From Eledone cirrhosa (lineage: Eukaryota): a stretch of DNA of 64,000 nt. The notes beneath the pieces were generated by a model. The model was not told the DNA's origin and did not search any database. It saw only the letters and a list, made by a program, of their open reading frames with translations. Location: positions 11,284,001 through 11,348,000 of the forward strand of contig OZ024754.1 in assembly GCA_964016885.1 (NCBI GenBank), in the 5' to 3' direction. Shown in pieces: positions 41,074 to 55,103 of the stretch (the stretch's first letter is position 1; each line of letters begins with the position of its first letter). A program made the translations under genes and the position numbers.

Positions 41074-41498
41074 ATAAAATATTAAAAAAATAATGAATAA
41101 AACAATGAAACAGTTCCTTATATTAAACAAAAAAAGTTCATTATTTAACGATCGTTTCTAGGATATATATGTGTTAGAATTGGCATGCATATTCAACAGA
41201 TCTATGTACAAAATTATACAAAATTATACAAACTATCAAAATTAAATATACATACCAACACATATATATGCCGTCTTCAGAAATAATATTTCTGAAGACG
41301 GCATATATATGTGTTGGTATGTATATTTAATTTTGATAGTTTGTATAATTTTGTATAATTTTGTACATAGATCTGTTGAATATGCATGCCAATTCTAACA
41401 CATATATATCCTAGAAACGATCGTTAAATAATGAACTTTTTTTGTTTAATATAAGGAACTGTTTCATTGTTTTATTCATTATTTTTTTAATATTTTAT
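41074..41498. repeat. Perfect inverted repeat, 212-bp arms, 1-nt spacer
   Basis: ...CCGTCTTCAGAAATA-A-TATTTCTGAAGACGG..., with arms 41074-41285 and 41287-41498. Confidence 0.95.
41287..41430 (+). ncRNA. Type I hammerhead motif with long stem II (mirror copy on - strand at 41142-41285)
   Basis: TATTT-CTGAAGA-[GG.ATATATATGTGTTGG...CTAACACATATATAT.CC]-GAAAC-GATC-GTT-AAATA. Confidence 0.65.
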
Positions 41499-41576
41499 AT
41501 TTATATATATATATATTTATATATATATATGTGTATATATATATATATAAAATTTACTATATATATATATCAAATT

Positions 41577-41618
<42 letters not shown>

Positions 41619-41939
41619 AACATATATAATTTATACATATATATATATATGTAAATTATATATCATCATCATCATCATTTTACGTCCGCTTTTCCCTGCT
41701 TGCAAGGGTGGGACGGGAACTGATTCTGGCTTCTATATATTTATATATATATATATATATATAATTTATATAAATATATATAATTTATATATTTATTTAG
41801 ATTTGTTGGTTCACCACTGGATAGAACTGGTCATTCCGTATGGTCAATCTCGATGTAATATTATGGAGAGTACTCAATGTAATGCAACTCACCCGTCTTC
41901 GTTTGTGTAGTTGGTGGTGCGAGTACAGAGTTAATTATT

Positions 41940-42250
41940 ATAAAATAACAGGAGGCTGGACTGGTGTAAATCCTTGAAAGGTTTATTATACTATGATAAT
42001 TTCAATGACCGGGTTCAGTATGAATCCGGTGATATCATCAGGTATTCGAAATATAACAAAGGAATATAACAGATAAAATCCATGGGGCTGAAAATCAGAG
42101 ACAAGAGGACGACCGACTATTTAGCAGCTTCTACCTCAGTCGGTCGCCCTGGAGATATCACCGGATTCATACTGAACCCGGTCATTGAAATGATCATAGT
42201 ATAATAAACCTTTCAAGGATTTACACCAGTCCAGCCTCCTGTTATTTTAT
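41940..42250. repeat. 97-bp inverted repeat pair (41940-42036 / 42154-42250)
   Basis: ATAAAATAACAGGAGGCTGGACTGG...GGTGATATC versus its reverse complement, with one mismatch seen. Confidence 0.92.
41988..42045 (-). ncRNA. Type I hammerhead motif
   Basis: Minus strand reads ATAC-CTGATGA-tatc-ACCGG-aTTCA-tac-TGAAc-CCGGT-catt-GAAA-T-TATC-ATA-GTAT. Confidence 0.65.
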
Positions 42251-42269
42251 TATAATTTATATATATATA

Positions 42270-42558
42270 TGTGACTTCTGGCGTCACACAGTAATACAGA
42301 AGACCCAACCCCTCACGGGTACAAGCCGAAGCTGAAGCATATAGACAATATGCCCCCACAGCCTCCCACTGCAAAGTGGTCGTGGAGGTGCCACGGCAAA
42401 AAAGCACCCAGCGCCCACTGTAAATGAGGTTGGTGTTAGGAAGGGCATCCAGCTGTAGAAACCAAGCCAGAATCAGTTCCCGTATGAGCAAGACAAGGTC
42501 AGCCGACCGGACACTGCCCACAACAGGACAACCCGTTTAACCCATGCTAGCATGGAAG
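42270..42558 (+). mobile_element. RTE 3'UTR fragment
   Basis: Matches 22250-22545. Confidence 0.85.
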
Positions 42559-42566
42559 AGCTAGGA

Positions 42567-43022
42567 AAAATATATGCTATTTTCTAAAATATACAGTGAC
42601 TGACTGGCCTGATTTGCACATGACTGACTTATGAAGGGTGATACCCAAAAAACATTAGTGTCTGCAGTTCTGTTTACATGCCGACACAAGAGCAAGAGTT
42701 CATTCTACTGACATGGCTATAAAAATGAGGCTTGTTTGCATAATTGCAAACGAATCGAATGTTATTATTAATATTCAAAAAACTCAGATTACGTTTATTG
42801 TATTCAGCCATGTAGAGTGAAAATTCTCTTTTTTTTATTTGAATTTGCCAAAGCCGGCCATTTATCGCTCATATACAGGAAACTGACTGGCCAGTCTACT
42901 GATATGCAAATATGGCTGATCAGTGGATCTGCTAATATGCAGATCTGACTGATCAACCAGTCTGCTAATATGCAAATCAGGCTGATGAGTCACTGTGTAT
43001 TTTTGAAAATAGCATATATTTT
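42567..43022. mobile_element. ~455-bp element with 35-bp imperfect inverted ends, containing a decayed hammerhead copy
   Basis: AAAATATATGCTATTTTCTAAAATATACAGTGACT ... AGTCACTGTGTATTTTTGAAAATAGCATATATTTT. Confidence 0.7.
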
Positions 43023-43057
43023 CACTATCTCTGACAGTTTGGAAGGTGAACAGTGAG

Positions 43058-43101
43058 CTGTACTGATGAAGGGTGATACCCAGAAATATTAATGTCTGCA
43101 G
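43058..43101 (+). ncRNA. Type I hammerhead ribozyme motif, GUC site
   Basis: CTGTA-CTGATGA-a-GGGT-gat-ACCC-a-GAAA-T-ATTAAT-GTC-TGCAG. Confidence 0.78.
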
Positions 43102-43236
43102 TATGCCAACACAAGAGCAAGAATGAAGGGTTCATTCTACTGACATGGCTATAAAAATGAGGCTTGTTTGCATAATTTGTATTCAGCACGGCATCTGTCC
43201 ACTTGTCTCTGTCCTTTGTCATCTCCTTTATATGTA

Positions 43237-43283
<47 letters not shown>

Positions 43284-43416
43284 TATATATAGATATATAT
43301 ATATATACATATACATACATATACATATAGATATACATATATACACATATATACACACATATATACATATATATATACATATACATATATATATATATAT
43401 ACATGTACATATATAT

Positions 43417-43483
<67 letters not shown>

Positions 43484-43560
43484 CATATATATATATACAC
43501 ATATATACATATATATACACATATATATACATATAAATATATAAACATGTATATATATAC

Positions 43561-43591
<31 letters not shown>

Positions 43592-43598
43592 CACATAT

Positions 43599-43632
<34 letters not shown>

Positions 43633-44055
43633 ATATACAGACATATATATATATACATATATATATATATACATATATATATATACACACATATATATAT
43701 ACATATATATATATACATATATATATATACACATATATATATATACATATATATATACATATATATATACATATATATATATACATATATATATATACAT
43801 ATATATATACATATATATATATATACATATACATATATATACATATACATATATACATATATATACATATATATACATATGTACATATATACAAATATAT
43901 ACACATATATATATACATATATATACATATATAAAATATATATATATACATATATACATATATATATATACATATATACACATATATATATGCATATATA
44001 TACATATATATACATATACATATATATACATATATATACATATACATATATATAC

Positions 44056-44086
<31 letters not shown>

Positions 44087-44265
44087 CATATATATATATA
44101 CACACATATATATATATACATATACATATATATATATACATATATATATATACACATATATATATACATATATATATATATACATATATATATATACATA
44201 TATATATATACATATATATATATACATATATACAAATATATACAAATATATATACAAATATATAT

Positions 44266-44312
<47 letters not shown>

Positions 44313-44359
44313 TATACATATATATATATACATATATATATATACATATATATATATAC

Positions 44360-44404
<45 letters not shown>

Positions 44405-45286
44405 TATATACATATAAAGAATCAAAAACAACAGAAAGATGCAGTAAAAGAGATTTATTCGGTTCTATAGACATCAATTTGCCAAGATCTCGCTGCATCT
44501 ATAATATTATATAGTTAGTAGAGCATTCGACATCCAATGCACAATCGATTCCATATCATCAGAGATTATTTTTACTGTACCAGAATGTTCAGGTTTTTAT
44601 AGGAATTCATGTGAAGTAGAAGTAGAGAAGAAGGAGGATGTGACAAAGACGAGAGATTATATATAAATATATATATACATACATATATATACATATTTAC
44701 ATATATATATATATACATACATATATACATATATATACATATATATACATATACATATATACATATATACATATATATATACATATATACATATATATAC
44801 ATATATACATATATATATATATACATATACATACATACATACATATATATACATATAGTAATAATAATAAATTTGAAGACTAAAATCCAAAGAGGGCTCG
44901 ATAAGGATAAATATATATCAAATATATAATAACCGTAGAGCAGATTAAAGATTAAGCAAAGAATCGCTGCTTTCACCCTTACAGGGATCTTCTGAAACTA
45001 ACAAATTCAAATACATATAGATACATATATATACATATATACATATATACATATGCATACATATACATATGCATATATATATATACATATATATACACAT
45101 ATATATATATACATACATATATATATACATATAAATATATATACATATACATATATATATATACATATATATGTATACATATATATACATATATACATAT
45201 ATATACATATACATACATATACATATGGCTATATATATATATACATATATATATACGCATATATATATATACATACGTATATATAC

Positions 45287-45331
<45 letters not shown>

Positions 45332-45341
45332 CATACTTGTG

Positions 45342-45460
45342 AAGGCGTGTGGCTGAGTGGTTAAAGAATTGGATTCCTAATCGTGAGGTTGTGAGTTCGA
45401 TTCCCGGACCAGGCGATGCGTTATGTCCTTGAGCAAGACACTTTATTTCACGTTGCTCCT
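45342..45460 (+). mobile_element. tRNA-derived SINE 5' part
   Basis: A-box TGGCTGAGTGG and B-box GTTCGATTCC, then CCTTGAGCAAGACAC core. Confidence 0.8.
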
Positions 45461-45566
45461 TCTACCTGGAGTTGCGACCGATAGAGAGTACTAGCAATTG
45501 GAAAGACCAACGGAAACATTGTTTCCTCGGTCCGATTTGACGAAGGTCGATCAACTGTCGATACAC

Positions 45567-45647
<81 letters not shown>

Positions 45648-45938
45648 CATATATATACATATATATATACATATATACATATATATATATATACATATAT
45701 ATATACATATATATACATATACATATATACTTATATACATATATATATACATATATATATGTATATACATACATATATATATATACATACATATATATAC
45801 ATATATACATATATATATATACATATATATATACATATATATATATACATATATATACATATATATATACATATATATATACACATATATATATATATAC
45901 ATATACATATATATATATACATATATATATCTATCTAT

Positions 45939-46738
45939 CTAAGGCGGGTAAAATTCCCGAGATCCATGGACGAGTTCTCTCCAGCGGTCTCTGTCCCTCA
46001 TTATCGCTGCCATATCCTGCATCTCCAACAGACCAGTGTCTGTCCTTAGGGCATCAACATATGTTAACCTTGGTCTTCCTCTTCTAGTGTGTCCATGTAG
46101 GGGCTCCCAAAGGAGCACTGAGTGCAATGTCAACTCTGGATGTCGGTGAGCATGTCCAGCCAACCTCAGTCTCCTCTGTGTCACTTTTGAGCTGACTTTT
46201 GGGATGCTCCCATACAGCTCTGAGTTTTTCATCCTCAGTGTATACTGATTAATGTTCAGAGCCATCCTCAGCATTCTCGTGTAGCACCCATCCACCATCT
46301 GAGTGAGTCTCTTGGTCAGTGTCCAAGTCTCAGACCCATACAGCAGCACAGACTCCACTACAGCAATGAAGAGGCGGATCTTCAGGTCTCTACGAAGGTC
46401 CGACTTCCACACCGATCTCAAGCTGTGACACGCCGCCCAGGCCTTGCTCTTCCTCTCAACCACATCATCTTCCGTATTCCCAATCTTTGCTCCCAAATAC
46501 AGGAAGCCCTCAACCAATTCCAGCGGCTTCCTGCCATATTAGTAATCTTCTCTGGCTTCTTAATATTCTCTACCAGATATTTTGTTTTAGTCTCATTCAT
46601 TCTCAGCCCCACACTCATCGACACAGTCTCCACCTCCCGCATCAAATCCTCTGCCTCCTTCACTGTATTTGTCACCAAAACTATGTCGTCGGCAAATTCA
46701 GCATCCGATACCTTTTTCGCCCCAACTCTCCTTTGATT
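45939..46738 (-). mobile_element. Distinct RTE-group LINE 3' fragment
   Basis: [39 protein letters not shown] and RGRPRLTY, with one frameshift. Inserted in (TA)n. Confidence 0.9.
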
Positions 46739-47368
46739 CTGTATATATATGTATATATTCTGTATATATTCTGTATATATTCTGTATATATTCTGTATAT
46801 ATTCTGTATATATTCTGTATATATTCTGTATATATTCATATATATATATGTATATTCTGTATATATTCTGTATATATATGTATATATATGTATATATATA
46901 CATATATATACATATATATATATATACATATATATATATACATATATACATATACATATATACATATATATATATACATATATATATACATATATATATA
47001 CATATATATACATACATATATATATACATACATATATATATACATATATATATATACATATATATATATATACATATATATATATACATATATAAATATA
47101 TACATATATTTATACACATATATATATATACATATATATATATAAATATATACATATATATATAAATATATTGGGATTAAATCTCCACTACGGTAACCCT
47201 TCTACCTTTGTTTTGTTTTCATCTTTGTCTCTCTCAATTTTCACCTTCTCCTATTTCTCCTATCTATCATTCACTTCCTACCTCGAGATTTCCCATCTGC
47301 ATTGTTGGGGCTTTCTAAACTACGTATTTTACACATTTCACAATGCTTCAAGCAAACTTTAACACCCT

Positions 47369-47410
<42 letters not shown>

Positions 47411-47555
47411 TATACATATATTTATACATATATATATACATATATATATATATACATATACATATATACATATATACATATACATATATATACATACATA
47501 TATATATATATATATATACATATATATATACCCATATATATATATATACATATAC

Positions 47556-47592
<37 letters not shown>

Positions 47593-47661
47593 CATATATA
47601 TACATACATATATATATATATATATATACATATAGATATATATATACATATATATGTATAC

Positions 47662-47698
<37 letters not shown>

Positions 47699-47741
47699 AA
47701 TATATATGTACATATATATATATATACATATATATATATAC

Positions 47742-47786
<45 letters not shown>

Positions 47787-47916
47787 CATATATATATACA
47801 TATATATATACACGTATATATATATACACATATATATATATATACATATATATATATGCATATATGTATATACATATATGTATATATATATATGTATATA
47901 CATATATATATAGATA

Positions 47917-47950
<34 letters not shown>

Positions 47951-48063
47951 CATATATATATATACATATATACATATACATATATATACATAGAATTATA
48001 TACATATATATATATATATATATACATATATATACATATATACATATACATATATATATATAC

Positions 48064-48115
<52 letters not shown>

Positions 48116-48173
48116 TTATACATATATATACATATATATTTATACATATATATACATATATATATACATATAC

Positions 48174-48244
<71 letters not shown>

Positions 48245-48261
48245 CATATATAAATATATAC

Positions 48262-48312
<51 letters not shown>

Positions 48313-48499
48313 TGTATATATATATATGTATATACATATATATATATACATATATATTTACTTATATATATATACATATATATACATTTATACATATATA
48401 TATGTATATATATACATATATATACATATATACATATATGTACATATATATACATATATATATATACATGTATATATATATATACATATATATATATAC

Positions 48500-48556
<57 letters not shown>

Positions 48557-48627
48557 CATATATATACATATATATATACATATATATATACTTATATATA
48601 TACATATATACATATACATATATACAT

Positions 48628-48660
<33 letters not shown>

Positions 48661-48705
48661 CATATATATATTGAAAATTGCAAACTCGACTGTCACCACA
48701 TATCA

Positions 48706-48744
48706 TGAACCTGAAGATTGCGAAAGCATGAAGGTACTTGTTCA
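48706..48744 (+). ncRNA. Minimal hammerhead motif with one core substitution
   Basis: TGAAC-CTGAAGA-t-TGC-gaaa-GCA-t-GAAG-GTAC-TT-GTTCA (GAAG instead of GAAA). Confidence 0.55.
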
Positions 48745-48880
48745 ATTAACACTTAGAATTTAATATTCTATCATACTATTTCATTATAATACCATTATAT
48801 ATATTTTAAAGGATCGTAATAAAACGAGTAAATCAGACAAAGTTGGAATTCCTCTTATTAATATATATATATATCTATAC

Positions 48881-48965
<85 letters not shown>

Positions 48966-49276
48966 CGAATGTATATATAATGTATTTTGCAATACACTTT
49001 ATGCTTAATTAAAAGCATTTTGAAGACCGTATGCTATTGTTTTAGAGTAGTGACAAACTCACTTTAATCTCAGCAAACATTTCTACCTAATCGGCAACCA
49101 CTCTGTATGATCAGTCCTGATTATTTACTAGAATCTCAGTAGACAGGAGGGTGTATTTAGCCTTGATAAGCATCAATAAATACGAAACAAGGCCTTGTCG
49201 GCTTATCTCCCCTTGTTTGCTTATCTCCCCTTATATATATACATATATACATATATATATATATATACATATATAT

Positions 49277-49830
49277 ATATCATCATCATCAGGTTTAGCG
49301 TCCGTGTTCCACGCTTGCATGGGTTTGGACGGGGGTTTTCCCACTTGAGGCAAGAGTGGTTGTCTTGCTCGCATAGGACTGTCTGGCGGGTTTTCTACAG
49401 TTGGATGCCCTTCCTAACACCAACCACATTTACAGTGTGGGGCTGGGAGGTTTTTACCGTGTTGCCTACACGGCCACATTACAGCGTGGACTGTCTGGCG
49501 GGTTTTCTACAGTTGGATGCCCTTCCTAACACCAACCACATTTACAGTGTGGGGCTGGGAGGTTTTTACCGTGTTGCCTACACGGCCACATTACAGCGTG
49601 GACTGTCTGGCGGGTTTTCTACAGCTGGATGCCCTTCCTAACACCAACCACATTTACAGTGTGGGGCTGGGAGGTTTTTACCGTGTTGCCTACACGGCCA
49701 CATTACAGCGTGGACTGTCTGGCGGGTTTTCTACAGCTGGATGCCCTTCCTAACACCAACCACATTTACAGTGTGGGGCTGGGAGGTTTTTACCGTGTTA
49801 CCTACACGGCCACATTACAGCGTGGACTGG
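49277..49830 (-). mobile_element. RTE 3'UTR with a 112-bp x4 tandem expansion
   Basis: Reverse complement of 51730-51942. GGATGCCCTTCCTAACACC recurs every 112 bp. Confidence 0.9.
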
Positions 49831-49870
49831 TTATAACAACTGGTTATAACAACTAGTTATATATATATAC

Positions 49871-49901
<31 letters not shown>

Positions 49902-49938
49902 CATACATATATATATATATATACACATATATATATAC

Positions 49939-49973
<35 letters not shown>

Positions 49974-49984
49974 CATATATATAC

Positions 49985-50021
<37 letters not shown>

Positions 50022-50062
50022 CAAATATATATATATATACATATATATACATATATATATAC

Positions 50063-50107
<45 letters not shown>

Positions 50108-50134
50108 CATATATACATATACATATATATACAT

Positions 50135-51942
50135 ACTATAGAGGCATTAAATTAATCGACCAGGTCATGAAGGTCACGGAAAAAGTAATAGCGCAACTAA
50201 TCAGAGAGAGAATTGACCAAGATGAATTGCAGTTCGGGTTTGTGTCAGGCAAAAGTACCACAGACGCTCTTTTCATTGTACGACAACTACAGGAGAAGTA
50301 CCTAGCTAAAGGTAAACCCCTCTACTTAGCTTTTGTCGACTTGGAGAAAGCCTTCGACAGAGTCCCCCGTTCCATTATCTGGTGGGCCCTTAGAAAACTA
50401 GGTGTCGACGAATGGCTTGTGAGAGCTATACAAGCCATGTATAAAGAAACAGTCAGCAAGGTTAGAATTAACAACGAATATAGTGAAGTGTTTAGCGTAA
50501 AAGTTGGCATCCATCAGGGCTCTGTTCTCAGCCCCCTACTATTTATTATTGCCCTTCAGGCTATAACAGAGGAGTTCAAGACCGGCTGCCCATGGGAACT
50601 CCTATACGCAGACGACCTGACACTCATAAATGAATCAATGGCCGAGCTAGAGAAGAAATTCCAAACATGGAAGCACGGCCTAGAATCAAAAGGCCTTAAA
50701 ATTAACCTGGCTAAAACTAAAGTTCTAGTTTGTAGGAAAGAAAATAAGGTGGCGGTCCCTTCCGGGAAATGGCCATGCTCAGTGTGTAGGAAAGGCGTAG
50801 GTAGAAACTCCATTTTATGTCCCAAATGCAAAGTATGGGTGCATAAAAGATGTAGTGGGATCACAGGTAAGCTAACTAAGAACATAGATTTTACATGTGG
50901 GCGGTGCTCTGGTGCAATAAGTAGCAGCAAGTGCCCACAAAATACTAGCTCTTACAACTGCGCAGAGGGCTCTATAGAAATAGTGGACAGCTTCCGTTAC
51001 CTGGGTGACAAAATCTGCAGTGGTGGAGGGTGCTCTGAATGTACAGTAGCTAGAGTCAGAACTGGATGGAAAAAGTTCAGAGAGCTTATACCACTATTAG
51101 CCGCTAAAGGGTTCTCCCTAAAAATGAAAGGCAGATTGTATGATGCCTGCATACGAACAGCAATGTGGCATGGCAGTGAGACCTGGGCATTGTGTGCAGA
51201 GGATATACGCAGACTAGAGAGGAACGAAGCTTGCATGCTCCGCTGGATGTGTAATAGTAATATATGTGAACGGCAAAGCATAAACGAACTAAGGAAAAAA
51301 TTAGAAATAAGAGGGATCAGATGTTGTTTACTCGAGAGAAGGCTACATTGGTATGGACACGTGATGCACATGAAAGTCGATAGCTGTATAACAAAGTGCA
51401 GGGCAATAAAGATAGACGGTAGCCACGGAATAGGCAGACCTAGAAAAACCTGGGACGAGCTGATAAACTCCGACCTCACACACTTACACCTCTCCAAGAC
51501 GATGTCACTGGACCGAGACCTTGGCAGTACTCAGTAATAGAGAAGACCCGCCTTACCTAAATACATAGTAAATCCTACTACAGCCAGTAGGCATCTCTAA
51601 CAAAATACACCCCGTCCCACCACCCCCACCCTATCCACACCACCCCCTTCTATGTAAAGTTATATTGGTGCCACACCATCCAGGCCGAAACAAATGAGAT
51701 CGTGAAGGTGTCACGACAAAAAAAAACACACAGTCCACGCTGTAATGTGGCCGTGTAGGCAACACGGTAAAAACCTCCAGACCCACACTGTAAATGTGGT
51801 TGGTGTTAGGGCATCCAACTGTAGAAAACCTGCCAGACAGTCCTATGCGAGCAAGACAATCACTCTTGCCTCAAGTGGGAATACCCCCGTCCAAACCTAT
51901 GCAAGCGTGGAACACGGACGTTAAACGTTGATGATGATGATG
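50135..51942 (+). mobile_element. 5'-truncated RTE LINE with an uninterrupted 456-aa frame (50167-51537)
   Basis: [37 protein letters not shown], Cys-rich insert, [10 protein letters not shown] and GRPRKTW, followed by 3'UTR and (GAT)n. Confidence 0.97.
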
Positions 51943-52069
51943 ACATACATATATATATACCCATATATATATATATATACATATATATATACCTATATAT
52001 ATATACATATACATATATATATACATATATATACATATATATATATTATATATACCTATATATACATAC

Positions 52070-52106
<37 letters not shown>

Positions 52107-52407
52107 CATATATATACATACATATATATATATACACATATATATATATATACATATATATATATACATACATATATATATATACGATATAAACATTTGA
52201 ATATGTATAATAAAGCCAAAACAATGCAGGTATGGACATAGAAAAAGAATGCAATTGCAAAAGATATTGTTGACAAAATGTCTTTTACCTTAGATTTATT
52301 TAAATGTCCTTAATTTTCGAGATAATATATATACATATATAGACCACTCTTCACTTCTATGACCTTTTCTGTTTTCAACGGAAATTTCAATACTTATATA
52401 TATATAT

Positions 52408-52460
<53 letters not shown>

Positions 52461-52827
52461 GATATATATACATATACATATATATATATATACAAATATA
52501 TACATATATACGTATATATATGTATACATATATATATACATATATACATATATATACATATATATACATATATACATATATATACATATACATATATACA
52601 TATATAGATATATATGCATATATACATATATATACATATATACATATATATATATATACATATATATACATATATACATATATATACATATATACATATA
52701 TATATATATATACATATACATACATATATATAGATATATACATATATATACATATACATATATATACGTATACATATATATATACATATATATATATATA
52801 CATACATATATATACATATCTATATAC

Positions 52828-52858
<31 letters not shown>

Positions 52859-52873
52859 CATATATATACATAC

Positions 52874-52904
<31 letters not shown>

Positions 52905-52907
52905 CAA

Positions 52908-52952
<45 letters not shown>

Positions 52953-52999
52953 TATATATACATATATATATATATACATACATATATATATATAGATAC

Positions 53000-53030
<31 letters not shown>

Positions 53031-53215
53031 CATATATATACATATATATATACATATATATATATACATATATATACATACATATATATATATATACATA
53101 TATATATACATATATACATATATATATATATACAGATATATATATATATACATATATATATATACATATATATACATATATATATATGTATATATATATA
53201 CATATATACATATAC

Positions 53216-53276
<61 letters not shown>

Positions 53277-53323
53277 CCCATATATATATATATACATATA
53301 CATATATATATACTTATATATAC

Positions 53324-53370
<47 letters not shown>

Positions 53371-53406
53371 TATACATACATATATATATATACGTATATA
53401 TGTATA

Positions 53407-54065
53407 TGGTGGCTGCCAACTCGTTTTCGAGTACGGCCACTACTTTATATCCATGTAGGAGAACCCCTACCGATACGCTGAACGAATGTGACTTTTTAGT
53501 CCAGCCAGCGACTTGAAAACTCTGGCACAAAGACTACACTTGTGACCATTATTGACACATAGTGCAGGGCCCATGGTACCATGTGATGACAAGTGCAGAG
53601 AGATCTCCAGATATAAAGCAATGCCTGTGCTGTGAAGCTTTTATAGTGAGCAAAGGCACTGCACAAAGCCAGTCCCACTCTCTTAACCAAGATGATATTT
53701 ACCAAAAAGAAGAACAAGCCAACATCATTGGATACCATCAGGGTTGCAGGTGTTATATCAGAGTTTTCCTTCTCCTAGAATTCTGCCTTGACAAAGGCTA
53801 AGGGGTCATCTCTCCCGGTGATTTTGGATGGCTATTGACTCTTAAGAGCTCCCTTGCCCTTTGACAGGTTTTGTTTTTAGTCCTGCAGGATGTCCAAAGT
53901 CACCCTCCTCACCAAGAAACCTTGGTGGGGTTGCCAGTTTAGTCGCCAACGACCCGACCATGAAACAGGTTGTACTGGGATACATGTTACCATATATACA
54001 TGTATATATATACATATACATATATATATATACATATATATATATACATATGTATATATATATAT

Positions 54066-54096
<31 letters not shown>

Positions 54097-54103
54097 CATA
54101 TAC

Positions 54104-54134
<31 letters not shown>

Positions 54135-54147
54135 CATATATATATAT

Positions 54148-54208
<61 letters not shown>

Positions 54209-54323
54209 CATATATATATATACATATATATATATATACATATATATACATATATAAACATACACATATATATATATATATACATATATATATACATATA
54301 TACTTATATATATATATATACAG

Positions 54324-54398
<75 letters not shown>

Positions 54399-55030
54399 CA
54401 CATATATATATACACATATATATATGGTGGCTGCCAACTCGTTTTCGAGTACGGCCACTACTTTATATCCATGTAGGAGAACCCCTACCAATGCGCTGAA
54501 CGAGTGTGACTTTTAGTCCAGCCAGCGACTTGAAAACTCTGGTACAAACACTACACTTGTGACAATTATTGACACATAGTGCTGGGCCCATGGTACCATG
54601 TGACGACAAGTGCAGAGAGATCTCCAGATATAAAGCAATGCCTGTGCTGTGAAGCTTTTATAGTGAGCAAAGGCACTGCACAAAGCCAGTCCCACTCTCT
54701 TAACCAAGATGATATTTACCAAAAGAAGAACAATTCAACATCATTGGATACCATCAGGGTTGCAGGTGTTATATCAGAGTTTTCCTTCTCCTAGAATTCT
54801 GCCTTGACAAGGCTAAGGGGTCATCTCTCCCGGTGATTTTGGATGGCTATTGACTCTTAAGAGCCCCTTTGCCCTTTGACAGGTTTTGTTTTAGTCCTGC
54901 AGGATGTCCAAAGCCACCCTCCTCACCAAGAAACCTTGGTGGGGTTGCCAGTTTAGTCGCCAACGACCCGACCATGAGACAGGTTGTACTGGGATACATG
55001 TTACCAATAGCACCAACTGGTGACCTGACA
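53407..55030 (-). mobile_element. Two direct copies (53407-53992, 54424-55030) of a ~600-bp non-coding element, RTE 5'UTR-like
   Basis: Near-identical copies 1017 bp apart, separated by (TA)n. Minus strand has CTAGGAGAAGGAAAACTCTGA. A diverged relative lies at ~34160-34390 (+). Confidence 0.65.
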
Positions 55031-55062
55031 CAATATATATATATACATATATATATATATAC

Positions 55063-55103
<41 letters not shown>

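Noticed and set aside
44480-44570. Minus-strand CTGATGA as a hammerhead
   Set aside because: No properly placed GAAA, stem III or NUH, and stem I does not close.
44965-45000. Minus-strand CAGAAGA-TCCCT/AGGG-GAAA hammerhead-like motif
   Set aside because: The core is mutated and there is no NUH or stem I.
45342-45412. tRNA gene
   Set aside because: A and B boxes are present, but it runs into a SINE core and has no convincing cloverleaf or terminator.
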